DNA of 64,000 bases, taken from an uncultured Anaerolineales bacterium (lineage in GTDB: Bacteria; Chloroflexota; Anaerolineae; Anaerolineales; RBG-16-64-43). This document shows, piece after piece, positions 9,601-18,091 of this stretch; position 1 is the first letter of the stretch, and each line of letters begins with the position of its first letter. Made by a program: the position numbers and the translations under genes. Under the pieces are notes generated by a model. It had not been told where the DNA came from and ran no database searches. It saw only the letters and a program-made list of their open reading frames with translations. Where the stretch lies: assembly GCA_964353865.1 (NCBI GenBank), contig CAYGXJ010000004.1, positions 10,782-74,781 on the forward strand, written 5' to 3'.

Positions 9601-9842
9601 TGCAGGGCCAGGTTACCTTCGCGGTGGAAGACAGCGGGGCGGGGATTGCAGCGGCTGACATGCCGCGCCTCTTCGAACGGTTCTACCAGGTGACCCGCCC
9701 GGAGCTCGACGAAAGGCGCGGCTGGGGTCTGGGGTTGGCCATTGTTCGTTCGGTGGCCGAGTGGCACCATGGGCGTGCCTGGGCCGAGAGCCAGTTGGGC
9801 AAAGGCAGCGTATTCAGGCTGTCCCTCCCCAGTCACCCCTGA
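6603..9842 (+). CDS. large multi-pass membrane sensor histidine kinase (TM region-HAMP-GAF-PAS-HisKA-HATPase)
   Basis: About 330 aa of hydrophobic helices. HAMP-like RITRPLRQL...DEFAALGRTF, PAS-like ILAAIPDGVLMTDAEGHVTFAN, H-box SHDLRRPLT, N-box DNAIRYN, and G-boxes DSGAGI and GWGLGL. Confidence 0.85.
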   Translation: MGFEAWIAASLQVPRIPFQLWGLLAEVALLLLAAAFALSSARHMAAARWRVWAVLLAVAPVAGGALAIRLPAVGLSSLPGVPLSVPAVAAGLLTFVPVMLSAGLAGTFPTLLLGLAIGLSRSLLDTHQVLTIVEYGLGSWWIALLMRNDYAGGFFGWLRRPWGAAIAALPVALLLRAVGDWSLARGDVLATIDFVSSRLPAHILGVGLELLAAAAICELLRLGLPSIWPEPAALVTTRFQRSLVWHLSLWVTVPLTLMAAFILAAVVIQTRQQARGELLTQARLASSHAAATLPAAIMTGQTLLEDMAGDVARLADRPDSLAAYFADRLRQPPYFQQLAFLTEAGVASASVPALADPLCGSLVEAEGCSVALGGSPWLGWVDISGSSNPWLEMIQPVAISPGRPLGILVGRTSFDINPLLAPVQAALASLPHSSGVLLDRNFVVLYPATAEPWAEEQPAGEDPQGGAWFFGTTSDGHRRLTYVVPLSYPEWHVALRVPEAAALSTSLAVGGQIGLLTLLVTLVTQMIVILIAQRITRPLRQLVHAANALAGGDLDRRIAVSGDDEFAALGRTFELMRQNLHRQIRDQDLLLQASQGVATHLELLPACLPILQSALSSATAQGARIIVAWGRRPPEKYPEVAAGELAGTMASLDEYVLSRVRDRSPWLVADVTKAEDFFPAALAGHIGALIALRLSQADKFYGAMWLAFRQPQVFDAGVVELLSGLAGQASLAVTNAGLLEATEGERQQLATILAAIPDGVLMTDAEGHVTFANAAARSMLGAALPGAGESLGRSPHGGLAEALAEAGPEGRTVEFAAPSGVRLLATTRAVPGPHSPSLGQVCLLQDVTRFRELEDLKTEFVNTVSHDLRRPLTLVDGHVNMLEMLGPLNPAQKEYVGRIRDGVRGMARLVGDLLDLGRIEKGIEAHAAAIDVRALLESLLEEYRPEAVSHNVRLELDLPESVPRLTADASLLERALGNLIDNAIRYNRAGGVVRLRVEAVQGQVTFAVEDSGAGIAAADMPRLFERFYQVTRPELDERRGWGLGLAIVRSVAEWHHGRAWAESQLGKGSVFRLSLPSHP

Positions 9843-9910
9843 GTCGTGCGAGGCGTGCCCGCCCCCCGGATGCCCTTGCTTCTCATCGATGACGGCCGGG
9901 TACGCGAGTC

Positions 9911-9939
9911 TTGTCGCCAATCCCCCCAACGGTTAGAAT
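9911..9939 (+). promoter_or_regulatory. promoter-like TTGTCG-17nt-TAGAAT ending 7 nt before the folC ATG (leaderless candidate)
   Basis: Hexamers and spacer counted directly. ATG 9947 follows with no SD. Confidence 0.4.
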
Positions 9940-9946
9940 GCCTTGC

Positions 9947-11395
9947 ATGAGCCGCATGACGTACGACGACGCGCTCGACTATCTGTATTCATTCGTCGAC
10001 TACAGCTTGCAGCGGACTTACCGCTACTCGCCGCAGACGTTCGACCTGGGGCGCATGCGCGTGTTGCTCGACCTGCTGGGCAATCCGCAAGAGGCGTACC
10101 CGGTCATCCACGTCGCAGGCACCAAAGGCAAGGGCTCGGTGTCGGCTCTCACCGCCTCCGCCTTGCGGGCGGCCGGGTACCATACGGGGTTCTACACTTC
10201 CCCGCACCTGACGGACTTCTCGGAGCGTATCCAACTCAACGGGCACGCCATTCCTCACGAGCGGTTGAGCGAATTGACTGAGCAGGTTCGTCCTGGGGTT
10301 ACCAAGGTGCCGGGGCTGACGACTTTTGAGATCACCACCGCGCTGGCCTTTATGTTCTTCGCGTCGGAAAAGGCCGAGGTGGCGGTCATCGAGGTCGGCC
10401 TGGGAGGCCGGCTGGATGCGACCAATGTCGTTCAGCCGCTGGTTTCGGTGATCACCTCGCTCTCGTACGACCACACCCATTTGCTCGGTCATACCCTGGC
10501 AGAAATCGCGCGTGAGAAAGCCGGCATCGTCAAACCCGGGGTGCCGTTGGTCAGCGCACCCCAGGAGAGCGAGGCGCTGCGCGTGCTCAAGTCCATTGCC
10601 GAAGAACGTCAATCGCCGTTCGTGTTGGTCGGCCGCGATTGGCTCTTTGCCCCGCTGCGTCACTCGCTCGACGGGCAATCGCTTGCCATTTGGTCTGCGG
10701 CCTCCCAGGAGCGCGTCAACGAATACCTGGAACGCGGTCAGCCCCAGCAGTGGGAATGGGCTCCGCCGCGCTTCGACATCCCGCTCCTGGGATACCACCA
10801 GGTGATCAACGCCACGGTGGCCTATACCGCGCTGCAGGTGGCCAACGGGCGGGGGCTGCACGTTTCCGAGGAAGCCATCCGCGAGGGATTCCAAACCGTT
10901 GTCTGGCCGGCCCGATTCCAGATCCTGCACCGGGCGCCCTTCGTGGTGGCCGACTCGGCCCACAACCGTGATTCGGCGCGGCGTCTGCGGACCGCGCTCG
11001 ACGATTACTTCCCCGCGCGGCGGGTGATTCTGATTTTCGGCGCGTCGGCCGACAAAGACATCAACGGCATTCTGGACGAACTGATCCCGCGGGTGTCGTT
11101 TGCCTTTGTGACCCACGCCGAACATCCACGCGCGTCGGAGACAGACGACCTGGTGGAACGCATCCGCGCCCGAGGCTGCCCGGCCGAAGCCGCCGTACCG
11201 GTCGAGGTGGCCTTGGCGCGGGCGCTGGAGAACGCCTCCGATGAGGATGTGGTGCTCTCGGCGGGGAGCATGTTTGTGTCGGCCGACGTGCTGCACGATT
11301 GGCCGCAGGTCTGGGAGCGTGAGGCGCAGCGCCGCGCAGCCCGCAGGGAGGAGAGGCGTGTGCCTCTGACAAGCAGTGACGATGACTGGGCATGA
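9947..11395 (+). CDS. folC: folylpolyglutamate synthase / dihydrofolate synthase
   Basis: HVAGTKGKGSV P-loop and a Mur-ligase-like body. Start choice (9947 vs 9956 or 9911) is based on the promoter-like element ending 7 nt upstream. Confidence 0.85.
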   Translation: MSRMTYDDALDYLYSFVDYSLQRTYRYSPQTFDLGRMRVLLDLLGNPQEAYPVIHVAGTKGKGSVSALTASALRAAGYHTGFYTSPHLTDFSERIQLNGHAIPHERLSELTEQVRPGVTKVPGLTTFEITTALAFMFFASEKAEVAVIEVGLGGRLDATNVVQPLVSVITSLSYDHTHLLGHTLAEIAREKAGIVKPGVPLVSAPQESEALRVLKSIAEERQSPFVLVGRDWLFAPLRHSLDGQSLAIWSAASQERVNEYLERGQPQQWEWAPPRFDIPLLGYHQVINATVAYTALQVANGRGLHVSEEAIREGFQTVVWPARFQILHRAPFVVADSAHNRDSARRLRTALDDYFPARRVILIFGASADKDINGILDELIPRVSFAFVTHAEHPRASETDDLVERIRARGCPAEAAVPVEVALARALENASDEDVVLSAGSMFVSADVLHDWPQVWEREAQRRAARREERRVPLTSSDDDWA

Positions 11396-13910
11396 GTTTC
11401 GCGAGTGGCAAATGCGCACCGAGTTCGCCGAGGTGCTGGGACACCGCACCGAGGAACTGCAGCGCATTCGCGACGCCACTGTCGACGCCGAGGGCCTGAT
11501 CAGTTGCGCGGTACTTCCCCTGCGCGACATGGTGCTCTTCCCGCGCATGGTGACGCCGCTCTTCGTCGGCCGCGAAACGACCTTGGCCGCGCTCGAAGCG
11601 GCGCACGCCGCGGGGGAGACCCTGGTGGCGCTGGCTCAGCGCGACGCGGAAATCGCGGAGCCCGGGCCGGAGGACCTTTACCCCGTCGGCTGCGAGACGG
11701 CCGCTGGCCGCGTGCTGCACATGCCGGATGGCTCGACCACCGTCCTAGCCCAGGGCCGCCGCCGCATCCAGGTGATTGAATTCACCCAGACTCAGCCCTA
11801 CCTGCGCGCCCGTGCACGGCCGATCTTCGAACCTCAGCAGCGCACGCGCGAGACCGAAGCCATGATGCGCGCCGTGCTGGCCCTCTTCGAAAAGGTCGTC
11901 CAGCTCAATCGCAGCCTGCCCGAAGAGGCCTACGTCTTCGCCATGAACGTGGACGAACCGGGCTGGCTGGCCGACCTGATTACCTCCGCGTTGGGGGTGC
12001 CGCTTTCCGACCGCCAGGAAATGCTCGAAACGATCGACCCCAACACGCGCCTGCAGCGCCTGAGCGTCATTCTCGGGCGGGAGTTGGATGTGCTCGAGCT
12101 TGAGAGCCGCATCCACACCCGGGTGCAAAGCGAAGTCGACCGTTCGCAGCGCGAGTACTACTTGCGCGAGCAGATGAAGGCCATCCAGAATGAGCTGGGC
12201 GAGGCCGACAGTTGGACTCAGGAGCTGGCCCAGCTGCGCGAGGCGGTCGCCGCCGCGCACATGCCCGAGGAAGTCGACAAGAAGGCGCGCAAGGAAATCG
12301 AGCGCCTCGAGCAAATGCCTTCCATGGCGCCCGAGGTGGCGATCGTGCGCACCTATCTCGACTGGCTGATCGAGCTTCCGTGGGAGAAAGCCAGCGACGA
12401 TAACCTCGACGTCCGCCATGCGGCCGAGGTGCTGGATACGCAGCACTACGGCCTGCCCAAAGCCAAGGAACGAATCCTCGAATACATTGCCGTGCGCAGC
12501 CTCTCGCCCGAGAGTTTGCGCCAGCCCATCCTGTGCTTCGTCGGGCCGCCCGGAACCGGCAAGACCTCGCTCGGGCGCTCGATTGCCGAGGCGCTCGGGC
12601 GGCGCTTCGTGCGCATCTCCTTGGGCGGCATCCGGGATGAAGCCGAGATTCGCGGTCACCGCCGAACGTACATCGGCGCGCTCCCTGGGCGCATCTTGCA
12701 GACGATGCGCCGCGCGGCGATCGTCAACCCGCTGTTCATGCTCGACGAGATCGACAAACTGGGCGCCGATTTCCGTGGCGACCCGGCCGCCGCGCTCTTG
12801 GAAGTGCTCGACCCGGAACAGAATCACGCATTCGATGACCACTACCTCGATGTTCCCTTCGATCTCGCGAAGGTCATGTTCGTCACCACGGCCAACACCC
12901 TGGGCCCGGTGCCCTCCGCGCTGCTCGATCGGATGGAGGTGATCGAGTTCCCCGGATACATCGAAGAGGAAAAGCTGGCCATTGCCCGGCAGTTCCTGCT
13001 GCCACGCCAGATCAGCGAGAATGGGCTGAGCGGCGAACGCCTGACCATCCCCGATCTGAGTGTCCGGCGCATCATCCGCGAGTACACCTGGGAGGCGGGC
13101 GTGCGCAACCTCGAGCGCGAGATCGCCCGCGTGTGCCGCAAGATCGCCCGGCAGAAGGCTGAAGGGCATCGACTGCCGACGCGCGTGTCGCCGGCCAGCC
13201 TGCCCAAGTACCTCGGTCCGCCGCAGTACTTCCAGTTGGAGGCAGAGAAGCGCGACGAGGTGGGCGTGGCCACGGCCTTAGCCTGGACCGAAGCCGGGGG
13301 CGACACGATGCCGGTCGAGGTCATCCTGGTGGAAGGCAAGGGCGGCATCCAGATTACCGGGCAAGTGGGCGAAGTGATGCAGGAGAGTGCGCAGGCTGCG
13401 CTGTCGTACCTCAAATCGCGGGCCCGCGAGTGGGGCATCGAGGCCGCGCGTTTCGAGAAGACCGACGTGCACGTGCATGTCCCGGAAGGGTCCATCCCCA
13501 AGGATGGGCCGAGCGCCGGCATTACTATGGGGACCGCGCTCATTTCGGCCTTCACCGGCCGGCCGGTGAGGAAGGAAGTGGGCATGACCGGCGAGATCAC
13601 GCTGCGCGGGCGCGTCTTGCCCGTGGGAGGCGTGCGCGAGAAGGTGCTCGCCGCACACCGCATCGGGTTGAAGACGGTCATTCTTCCTGCGCGAAACGAG
13701 AAGGACCTGGTCGAAGTGCCCGCCAAAGTACGCCAGGATATGGACCTGCGGCTGGTGACACACATGGATGAGGTCCTGGCCGTGTCGGTGCGCGGCCCGC
13801 TGCGCGCCAAGGCGGAGGCCAAACCGCGCGAGGCAAAACGCAAAGCGGCCACGCCTCGCCGACCGCGGGTTCGCCGCGCGTCCCGTGCAGCGCGAACCCG
13901 GGCAGGCTGA
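11376..13910 (+). CDS. lon: ATP-dependent Lon protease
   Basis: LPLRDMVLFP N-domain, Walker A GPPGTGKTS, protease motif DGPSAGITM. Arg/Lys-rich C-terminal tail. Start is uncertain (11376, 11382 or 11412). Confidence 0.9.
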   Translation: MTMTGHEFREWQMRTEFAEVLGHRTEELQRIRDATVDAEGLISCAVLPLRDMVLFPRMVTPLFVGRETTLAALEAAHAAGETLVALAQRDAEIAEPGPEDLYPVGCETAAGRVLHMPDGSTTVLAQGRRRIQVIEFTQTQPYLRARARPIFEPQQRTRETEAMMRAVLALFEKVVQLNRSLPEEAYVFAMNVDEPGWLADLITSALGVPLSDRQEMLETIDPNTRLQRLSVILGRELDVLELESRIHTRVQSEVDRSQREYYLREQMKAIQNELGEADSWTQELAQLREAVAAAHMPEEVDKKARKEIERLEQMPSMAPEVAIVRTYLDWLIELPWEKASDDNLDVRHAAEVLDTQHYGLPKAKERILEYIAVRSLSPESLRQPILCFVGPPGTGKTSLGRSIAEALGRRFVRISLGGIRDEAEIRGHRRTYIGALPGRILQTMRRAAIVNPLFMLDEIDKLGADFRGDPAAALLEVLDPEQNHAFDDHYLDVPFDLAKVMFVTTANTLGPVPSALLDRMEVIEFPGYIEEEKLAIARQFLLPRQISENGLSGERLTIPDLSVRRIIREYTWEAGVRNLEREIARVCRKIARQKAEGHRLPTRVSPASLPKYLGPPQYFQLEAEKRDEVGVATALAWTEAGGDTMPVEVILVEGKGGIQITGQVGEVMQESAQAALSYLKSRAREWGIEAARFEKTDVHVHVPEGSIPKDGPSAGITMGTALISAFTGRPVRKEVGMTGEITLRGRVLPVGGVREKVLAAHRIGLKTVILPARNEKDLVEVPAKVRQDMDLRLVTHMDEVLAVSVRGPLRAKAEAKPREAKRKAATPRRPRVRRASRAARTRAG

Positions 13911-14063
13911 GCGTGCAGGTGCCTGACGCGCCCTGCACCCGACCAACCATCACGCGGTTTGATCCCCTTGTGACCTTCCGCCAACATTGCCTGCGCCACG
14001 AGAGCACGCACCAACCTGCGCTGGAGAGATCGGCCACTGTCGAACCCCGGGAGGGAAGACCTG

Positions 14064-14924
14064 GTGCCGGGTAAGGGGACCCTTGACGGGAAAGTCGTTC
14101 TCGTCAGCGGGGCTTCGTCCGGGATTGGAGAAGCGGCGGCGCTGGCGTTCGCCGAGGCTGGCGCGCATCTGATTCTGACGGCGCGCCGCGAAGACCGGTT
14201 GCAGGCGCTGGCGGAGCAGCTGCGAAGCACTTCTCCCCGCAGCGAAACGCTTGTCGTTCGCGCCGACCTGACCGAGATGCGCGACCTCGAGAATTTGGCC
14301 GCGAAGGCGCTGGCCTGGCGCGGCCGCATCGATGTCCTGGTCAACAATGCAGGCTTCGGGCGGTTGCGTTGGCTGGAGGAACTCGACCCAGCAGAAGACG
14401 TGGTGGCACAGATCACGCTCGATCTGGTGGCGCCACTCCTGCTCACGCGGGCCATCCTCCCGGCGATGATCCGCCAGCGCGGCGGCTGTATCATCAATGT
14501 GGCCTCGGTGGCCGCGCTCATCGCTGCGCCGACATACACCGTCTACTCGGCCGCTAAATTCGGCCTTCGCGGAATGAGCGAGGCGCTGCGGCGCGAGGTG
14601 CGCCCATTCGGCATTGCGGTATGCCTACTCTGCCCCGGGCCGGTGGCGACCGAGTTCGGGCAGCACGTGCAGCGCGACGCGCGCACCGAGCTCGCGATTG
14701 CCCGCCGCCTGCGCCTTTCGGCGCAGGCGGTCGGCGATTGCATTGTCGGCCTGGCGCTCCGGCCGCGGCGGATGGTGGTGATTCCGCGGTACATGGGTTG
14801 GCTGGCCGTCGTCAATTCCAGCATGGCCGGCCTTTTCGATCTACTCATCGATCGCTTCTACGTGGCGCGCCTGCGCCGCAACGATCAGAGTGGCGGCGCG
14901 GCTCCGCGCGCGCGCCAGCCGTGA
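14064..14924 (+). CDS. short-chain dehydrogenase/reductase (SDR)
   Basis: VSGASSGIG Rossmann motif, NNAG, YSAAK catalytic YxxxK. GTG start after GGGAGGGAAG. Confidence 0.8.
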   Translation: MPGKGTLDGKVVLVSGASSGIGEAAALAFAEAGAHLILTARREDRLQALAEQLRSTSPRSETLVVRADLTEMRDLENLAAKALAWRGRIDVLVNNAGFGRLRWLEELDPAEDVVAQITLDLVAPLLLTRAILPAMIRQRGGCIINVASVAALIAAPTYTVYSAAKFGLRGMSEALRREVRPFGIAVCLLCPGPVATEFGQHVQRDARTELAIARRLRLSAQAVGDCIVGLALRPRRMVVIPRYMGWLAVVNSSMAGLFDLLIDRFYVARLRRNDQSGGAAPRARQP

Positions 14925-14967
14925 TCCATCCGTCTGCCTCATCCAGTGTACGAGGAGGAACACAGCC

Positions 14968-16275
14968 ATGACTGCGACAGCGCTGACCCGGGAGGCCAAG
15001 CGCGCCTACGCACGCGTAGTGAATGCGTGGTGTCTGTACGACTGGGGCAACTCCGCCTTTTCCACAACGGTGGAGGCGGCCGTGTTGCCGGTCTATTTCG
15101 CGCGCGTTGCGGGCAGCCAGTTGGGCGGCAACACGGCCACCGTCTATTGGGGGTACGCCGCGGCTATCTCGCTGCTGGTGAGCGCGCTGCTGGCGCCGCT
15201 ACTGGGCAGCATCGCCGACTACACCGGCAAGAAGAAGCGGCTGCTCGGCCTTTTCGCCGGGCTGGGCATCGTCACCACCGCGCTTCTCTTCTCGGTCGAG
15301 CAGGGCGATTGGCTGCGCGCGCTGATCCTCGTTTCTCTTGGCAGCCTGGGTTTCGCGGCCGCCGCCATCTTCTACGATTCGCTTCTGCCGCACGTGGCCA
15401 AACCGGAAGACATGGACTTCGTCTCCTCCAAGGGCTACGCGCTCGGCTACCTGGGAGGCGGATTGCTGCTGGCGGTGAACATCCTGATGATTCAGCTGCT
15501 GCCCGGCACGCTGGGCGCGCGGCTGTCGTTCCTCAGCGTGGCCGTCTGGTGGGCGGTGTTCACGATTCCGCTGCTGCGTCTGGTTCCGGAGCCCACCGCC
15601 AATACCCGGGGCATCGGCCAGGGAGTCAACCCGCTGGCCGCCGGATTCCGCCGGCTGGGGCAAACCTTCGGCGAGATGCGCCGCTACCGCCAGCTGTTCA
15701 TCTTCCTTATGGCCTTCTGGCTCTACAACGACGGCATTGGAACAATCATCAAGATGGCCACGGTCTACGGCGCCGAGATCGGCATCGGCGACACAGCGCT
15801 CATCGGTGCGCTGCTGATGACCCAGTTCGTGGGCATTCCCTTCTCGCTGCTTTTCGGCAAGATGAGCAAACGGCTCGGCACCAAGCGCTCGATCATGCTC
15901 GGTCTAGGGTGGTACACCCTCATCGCCATCGCCGGGTACTTCATCAGCCAGGCCTGGCACTTCTGGGTGCTGGCCTTCGCGGTCGGAATGGTGCAGGGGG
16001 GGACCCAGGCGCTCTCTCGCAGCCTCTTTGGAGTCATGGCCCCCAGGGCGCGCAGCGCGGAGTTCTTCGGCTTCTATGATGTCTCGAGCAAGCTCGCCGG
16101 CATCGCCGGCCCGTTTCTGTTCGCCCTCGTGGGCCAACTCATGGGCTCGAGCCGCCTGAGCATCGTCTCGCTGATCCTCTTCTTCATCGGCGGAATGCTG
16201 ATCCTCTCGCGGGTGCGCGAGGCCGAAGGGATCCGGGTGGCCGACGAAGAGAACCGGCGGACGGCCGCCGCCTAG
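14968..16275 (+). CDS. MFS transporter (UMF1/Atg22-like family)
   Basis: N-terminus WCLYDWGNSAF and about 12 hydrophobic segments. ATG 14968 is preceded by GAGGAGGA. Confidence 0.75.
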   Translation: MTATALTREAKRAYARVVNAWCLYDWGNSAFSTTVEAAVLPVYFARVAGSQLGGNTATVYWGYAAAISLLVSALLAPLLGSIADYTGKKKRLLGLFAGLGIVTTALLFSVEQGDWLRALILVSLGSLGFAAAAIFYDSLLPHVAKPEDMDFVSSKGYALGYLGGGLLLAVNILMIQLLPGTLGARLSFLSVAVWWAVFTIPLLRLVPEPTANTRGIGQGVNPLAAGFRRLGQTFGEMRRYRQLFIFLMAFWLYNDGIGTIIKMATVYGAEIGIGDTALIGALLMTQFVGIPFSLLFGKMSKRLGTKRSIMLGLGWYTLIAIAGYFISQAWHFWVLAFAVGMVQGGTQALSRSLFGVMAPRARSAEFFGFYDVSSKLAGIAGPFLFALVGQLMGSSRLSIVSLILFFIGGMLILSRVREAEGIRVADEENRRTAAA

Positions 16276-16314
16276 CCGCGCAAGCGGCGCATCTCGCCGG
16301 CCTCACCCAGTTCA

Positions 16315-16352
16315 CAATCGTCCAGCGGTGCTAAATGCCCGCTGGACGATTG
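16315..16352 (+). terminator. perfect 14-bp stem / 10-nt loop hairpin downstream of the MFS gene
   Basis: caatcgtccagcgg-tgctaaatgc-ccgctggacgattg. No U-tract follows, so it could also be a protein-binding palindrome. Confidence 0.4.
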
Positions 16353-16415
16353 CCGCTCACACCTGCCCGGCCAGCCGAGTGGGTTTCGCCGCTCGGTCGG
16401 AGGCAGTGCCGCGGG

Positions 16416-16424
16416 TGGTATAAT
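16416..16424 (+). promoter_or_regulatory. extended -10 promoter element (TGgTATAAT) for tRNA-Thr
   Basis: TGGTATAAT ends 9 nt before the first tRNA base. Confidence 0.55.
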
Positions 16425-16433
16425 CCGCGGCGT

Positions 16434-16506
16434 GCCACGGTAGCTCAATCGGTAGAGCAATCGCTTCGTAAGCGATCGGTTAAGGGTTCGATTCCCTTCC
16501 GTGGCT
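16434..16506 (+). tRNA. tRNA-Thr (anticodon CGU)
   Basis: Hand-folded cloverleaf. Acceptor GCCACGG/CCGTGGC, D-arm GCTC/GAGC, anticodon stem ATCGC/GCGAT with loop TTCGTAA, T-arm AAGGG-TTCGATT-CCCTT. 73 nt, and CCA is not encoded. Confidence 0.9.
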
Positions 16507-16509
16507 CTC

Positions 16510-16529
16510 GCCCGCAAGGGCTTTTTTTT
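16510..16529 (+). terminator. intrinsic terminator after tRNA-Thr
   Basis: gccc-gcaa-gggc hairpin (GNRA loop) followed by eight T residues. Confidence 0.7.
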
Positions 16530-16591
16530 GTTCCGATGCCGGCCCGCGTGACGCGCCTCGCGGGCACATCGTGGGCGCGCTTCAAGCTGGG

Positions 16592-16597
16592 TATAAT
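16592..16597 (+). promoter_or_regulatory. -10 box TATAAT, 6 nt upstream of the udk ATG (leaderless candidate)
   Basis: ggGTATAATcaccgcATG. No SD is possible in the 6-nt gap. Confidence 0.45.
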
Positions 16598-16603
16598 CAC
16601 CGC

Positions 16604-17242
16604 ATGAAGAACTCGTCGTGTCTGACCATCGGCATCGCCGGCGGCACTGGGTCGGGCAAGACCACCGTGGCGCAGACGATCCTGGGTGACGTGCCAGAAG
16701 GCAGTGTGGCCTACATTGCCCATGACGCGTACTACAAGGACCTGGCCGACCTGCCTCCCACCCAGCGTGAGAGCCTCAACTTCGATCATCCGGACTCACT
16801 CGACACGCCGCTGCTCGTCACCCACCTGCGCGAATTGCAGGCGGGGCGATCAATCGACATGCCGGTCTACGATTTCACGACGCATGCGCGACGGGTGGAA
16901 AAGCGCCTGGTTGGCCCGCGGCGCATTCTGCTCGTGGAGGGCATCCTCATCTTCGCCGACCCGGACTTGCGAAGCTTGTTCGATATCAAGATCTTCGTCG
17001 ACACCGATCCCGACTTGCGCTTCATTCGCCGCCTGCAACGGGATATTGCCGAACGCGGGCGGACAATCGAGTCGGTCATTCGTCAGTACCTGACGACGGT
17101 TCGGCCGATGCACCTCGAATTCGTTGAACCCTCCAAGCGCTACGCCGACCTGATCATTCCCGAGGGGGGGTTCAACCGCGTGGCGCTGGATATGGTCGTG
17201 GCTCGGGTTCAAGAGAGCATCCTGCGGGTGACTCGCGGCTGA
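16604..17242 (+). CDS. udk: uridine kinase
   Basis: IGIAGGTGSGKTT P-loop and a full-length Udk-like sequence. GTG 16571 is an alternative start. Confidence 0.85.
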   Translation: MKNSSCLTIGIAGGTGSGKTTVAQTILGDVPEGSVAYIAHDAYYKDLADLPPTQRESLNFDHPDSLDTPLLVTHLRELQAGRSIDMPVYDFTTHARRVEKRLVGPRRILLVEGILIFADPDLRSLFDIKIFVDTDPDLRFIRRLQRDIAERGRTIESVIRQYLTTVRPMHLEFVEPSKRYADLIIPEGGFNRVALDMVVARVQESILRVTRG

Positions 17243-17296
17243 CGCGCACGCCCGGCGCGCCCCGCCTGTCGCCTCGCCCCTCCCAGGCTGGATCGC

Positions 17297-18091
17297 ATGC
17301 TCGTCTTCCTGAAACTTGGCGGCTCGCTGATTACCGAAAAATCCCGCCCACGCACGGCGCGCCGGGATGTTATCCAGCGTCTGGCGGCTGAGGTCGCGCA
17401 GGCGCGTCGAGAGCGGCCGGACCTGGCGCTGGTGCTCGGCCACGGTTCGGGGTCGTTTGGCCACGTCGAAGCCCAGCGCTACGGGACGGCCCGCGGGGTG
17501 AGCACTCCCGCCGAGTGGCGCGGCCTGGCCGAAGTATGGCGCGTGGCAGATCTGCTCAACCGCATTGTCATGGATGTGCTCGCCGAAGCCGGGCTCCCGG
17601 TCATGCGCTTCTCGCCCTCCTCGGGAGGCATTGGCCAATCCGGGCGGGTGGTGGCCCTGCCGAGCGAGCCCCTGCGCATGGCGCTGGAGGGCGGCCTCCT
17701 GCCCGTGGTTTGTGGCGACGTCATGCTTGACCAGGAGCGAGGCGGGATGATCGCCTCGACCGAGGCCACCTTCGGCTATCTTGCGGCCCGCTTGCGGCCT
17801 CAGAAGATTCTCCTGGCGGGTCTCGAACGAGGGGTGTATTCCGACTTCCCGCGCGGCCAAACCGTCATCCCAGTTCTGACACGTCGCGAGTGGGGAACCT
17901 TGGGCGGGATGGTGGGAGGATCGATGAATGCCGACGTGACGGGCGGCATGGCCTCCAAGGTCCAGGGCATGCTCGACCTGATGGGCAACATGCCCGGGCT
18001 GCGCGCCTTCATCTATTCCGGCGAAAGCGACGGCGCCACCCGTCGGGTGCTGCTCGGCGAAGAGGTCGAGGGAACGTGGATTCAGGACTGA
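17297..18091 (+). CDS. isopentenyl phosphate kinase (amino-acid-kinase fold)
   Basis: N-terminus MLVFLKLGGSLITEK, GHGSGSFGH motif, about 260 aa. Overlaps the next gene, an MVD-like decarboxylase. Confidence 0.75.
   Translation: MLVFLKLGGSLITEKSRPRTARRDVIQRLAAEVAQARRERPDLALVLGHGSGSFGHVEAQRYGTARGVSTPAEWRGLAEVWRVADLLNRIVMDVLAEAGLPVMRFSPSSGGIGQSGRVVALPSEPLRMALEGGLLPVVCGDVMLDQERGGMIASTEATFGYLAARLRPQKILLAGLERGVYSDFPRGQTVIPVLTRREWGTLGGMVGGSMNADVTGGMASKVQGMLDLMGNMPGLRAFIYSGESDGATRRVLLGEEVEGTWIQD

Noticed and set aside
16276-16620. tRNA-Thr as an integration hotspot for a genomic island.
   Set aside because: No integrase, no direct repeat of the tRNA 3' end, and the flanking genes (MFS transporter, udk) look ordinary in composition.
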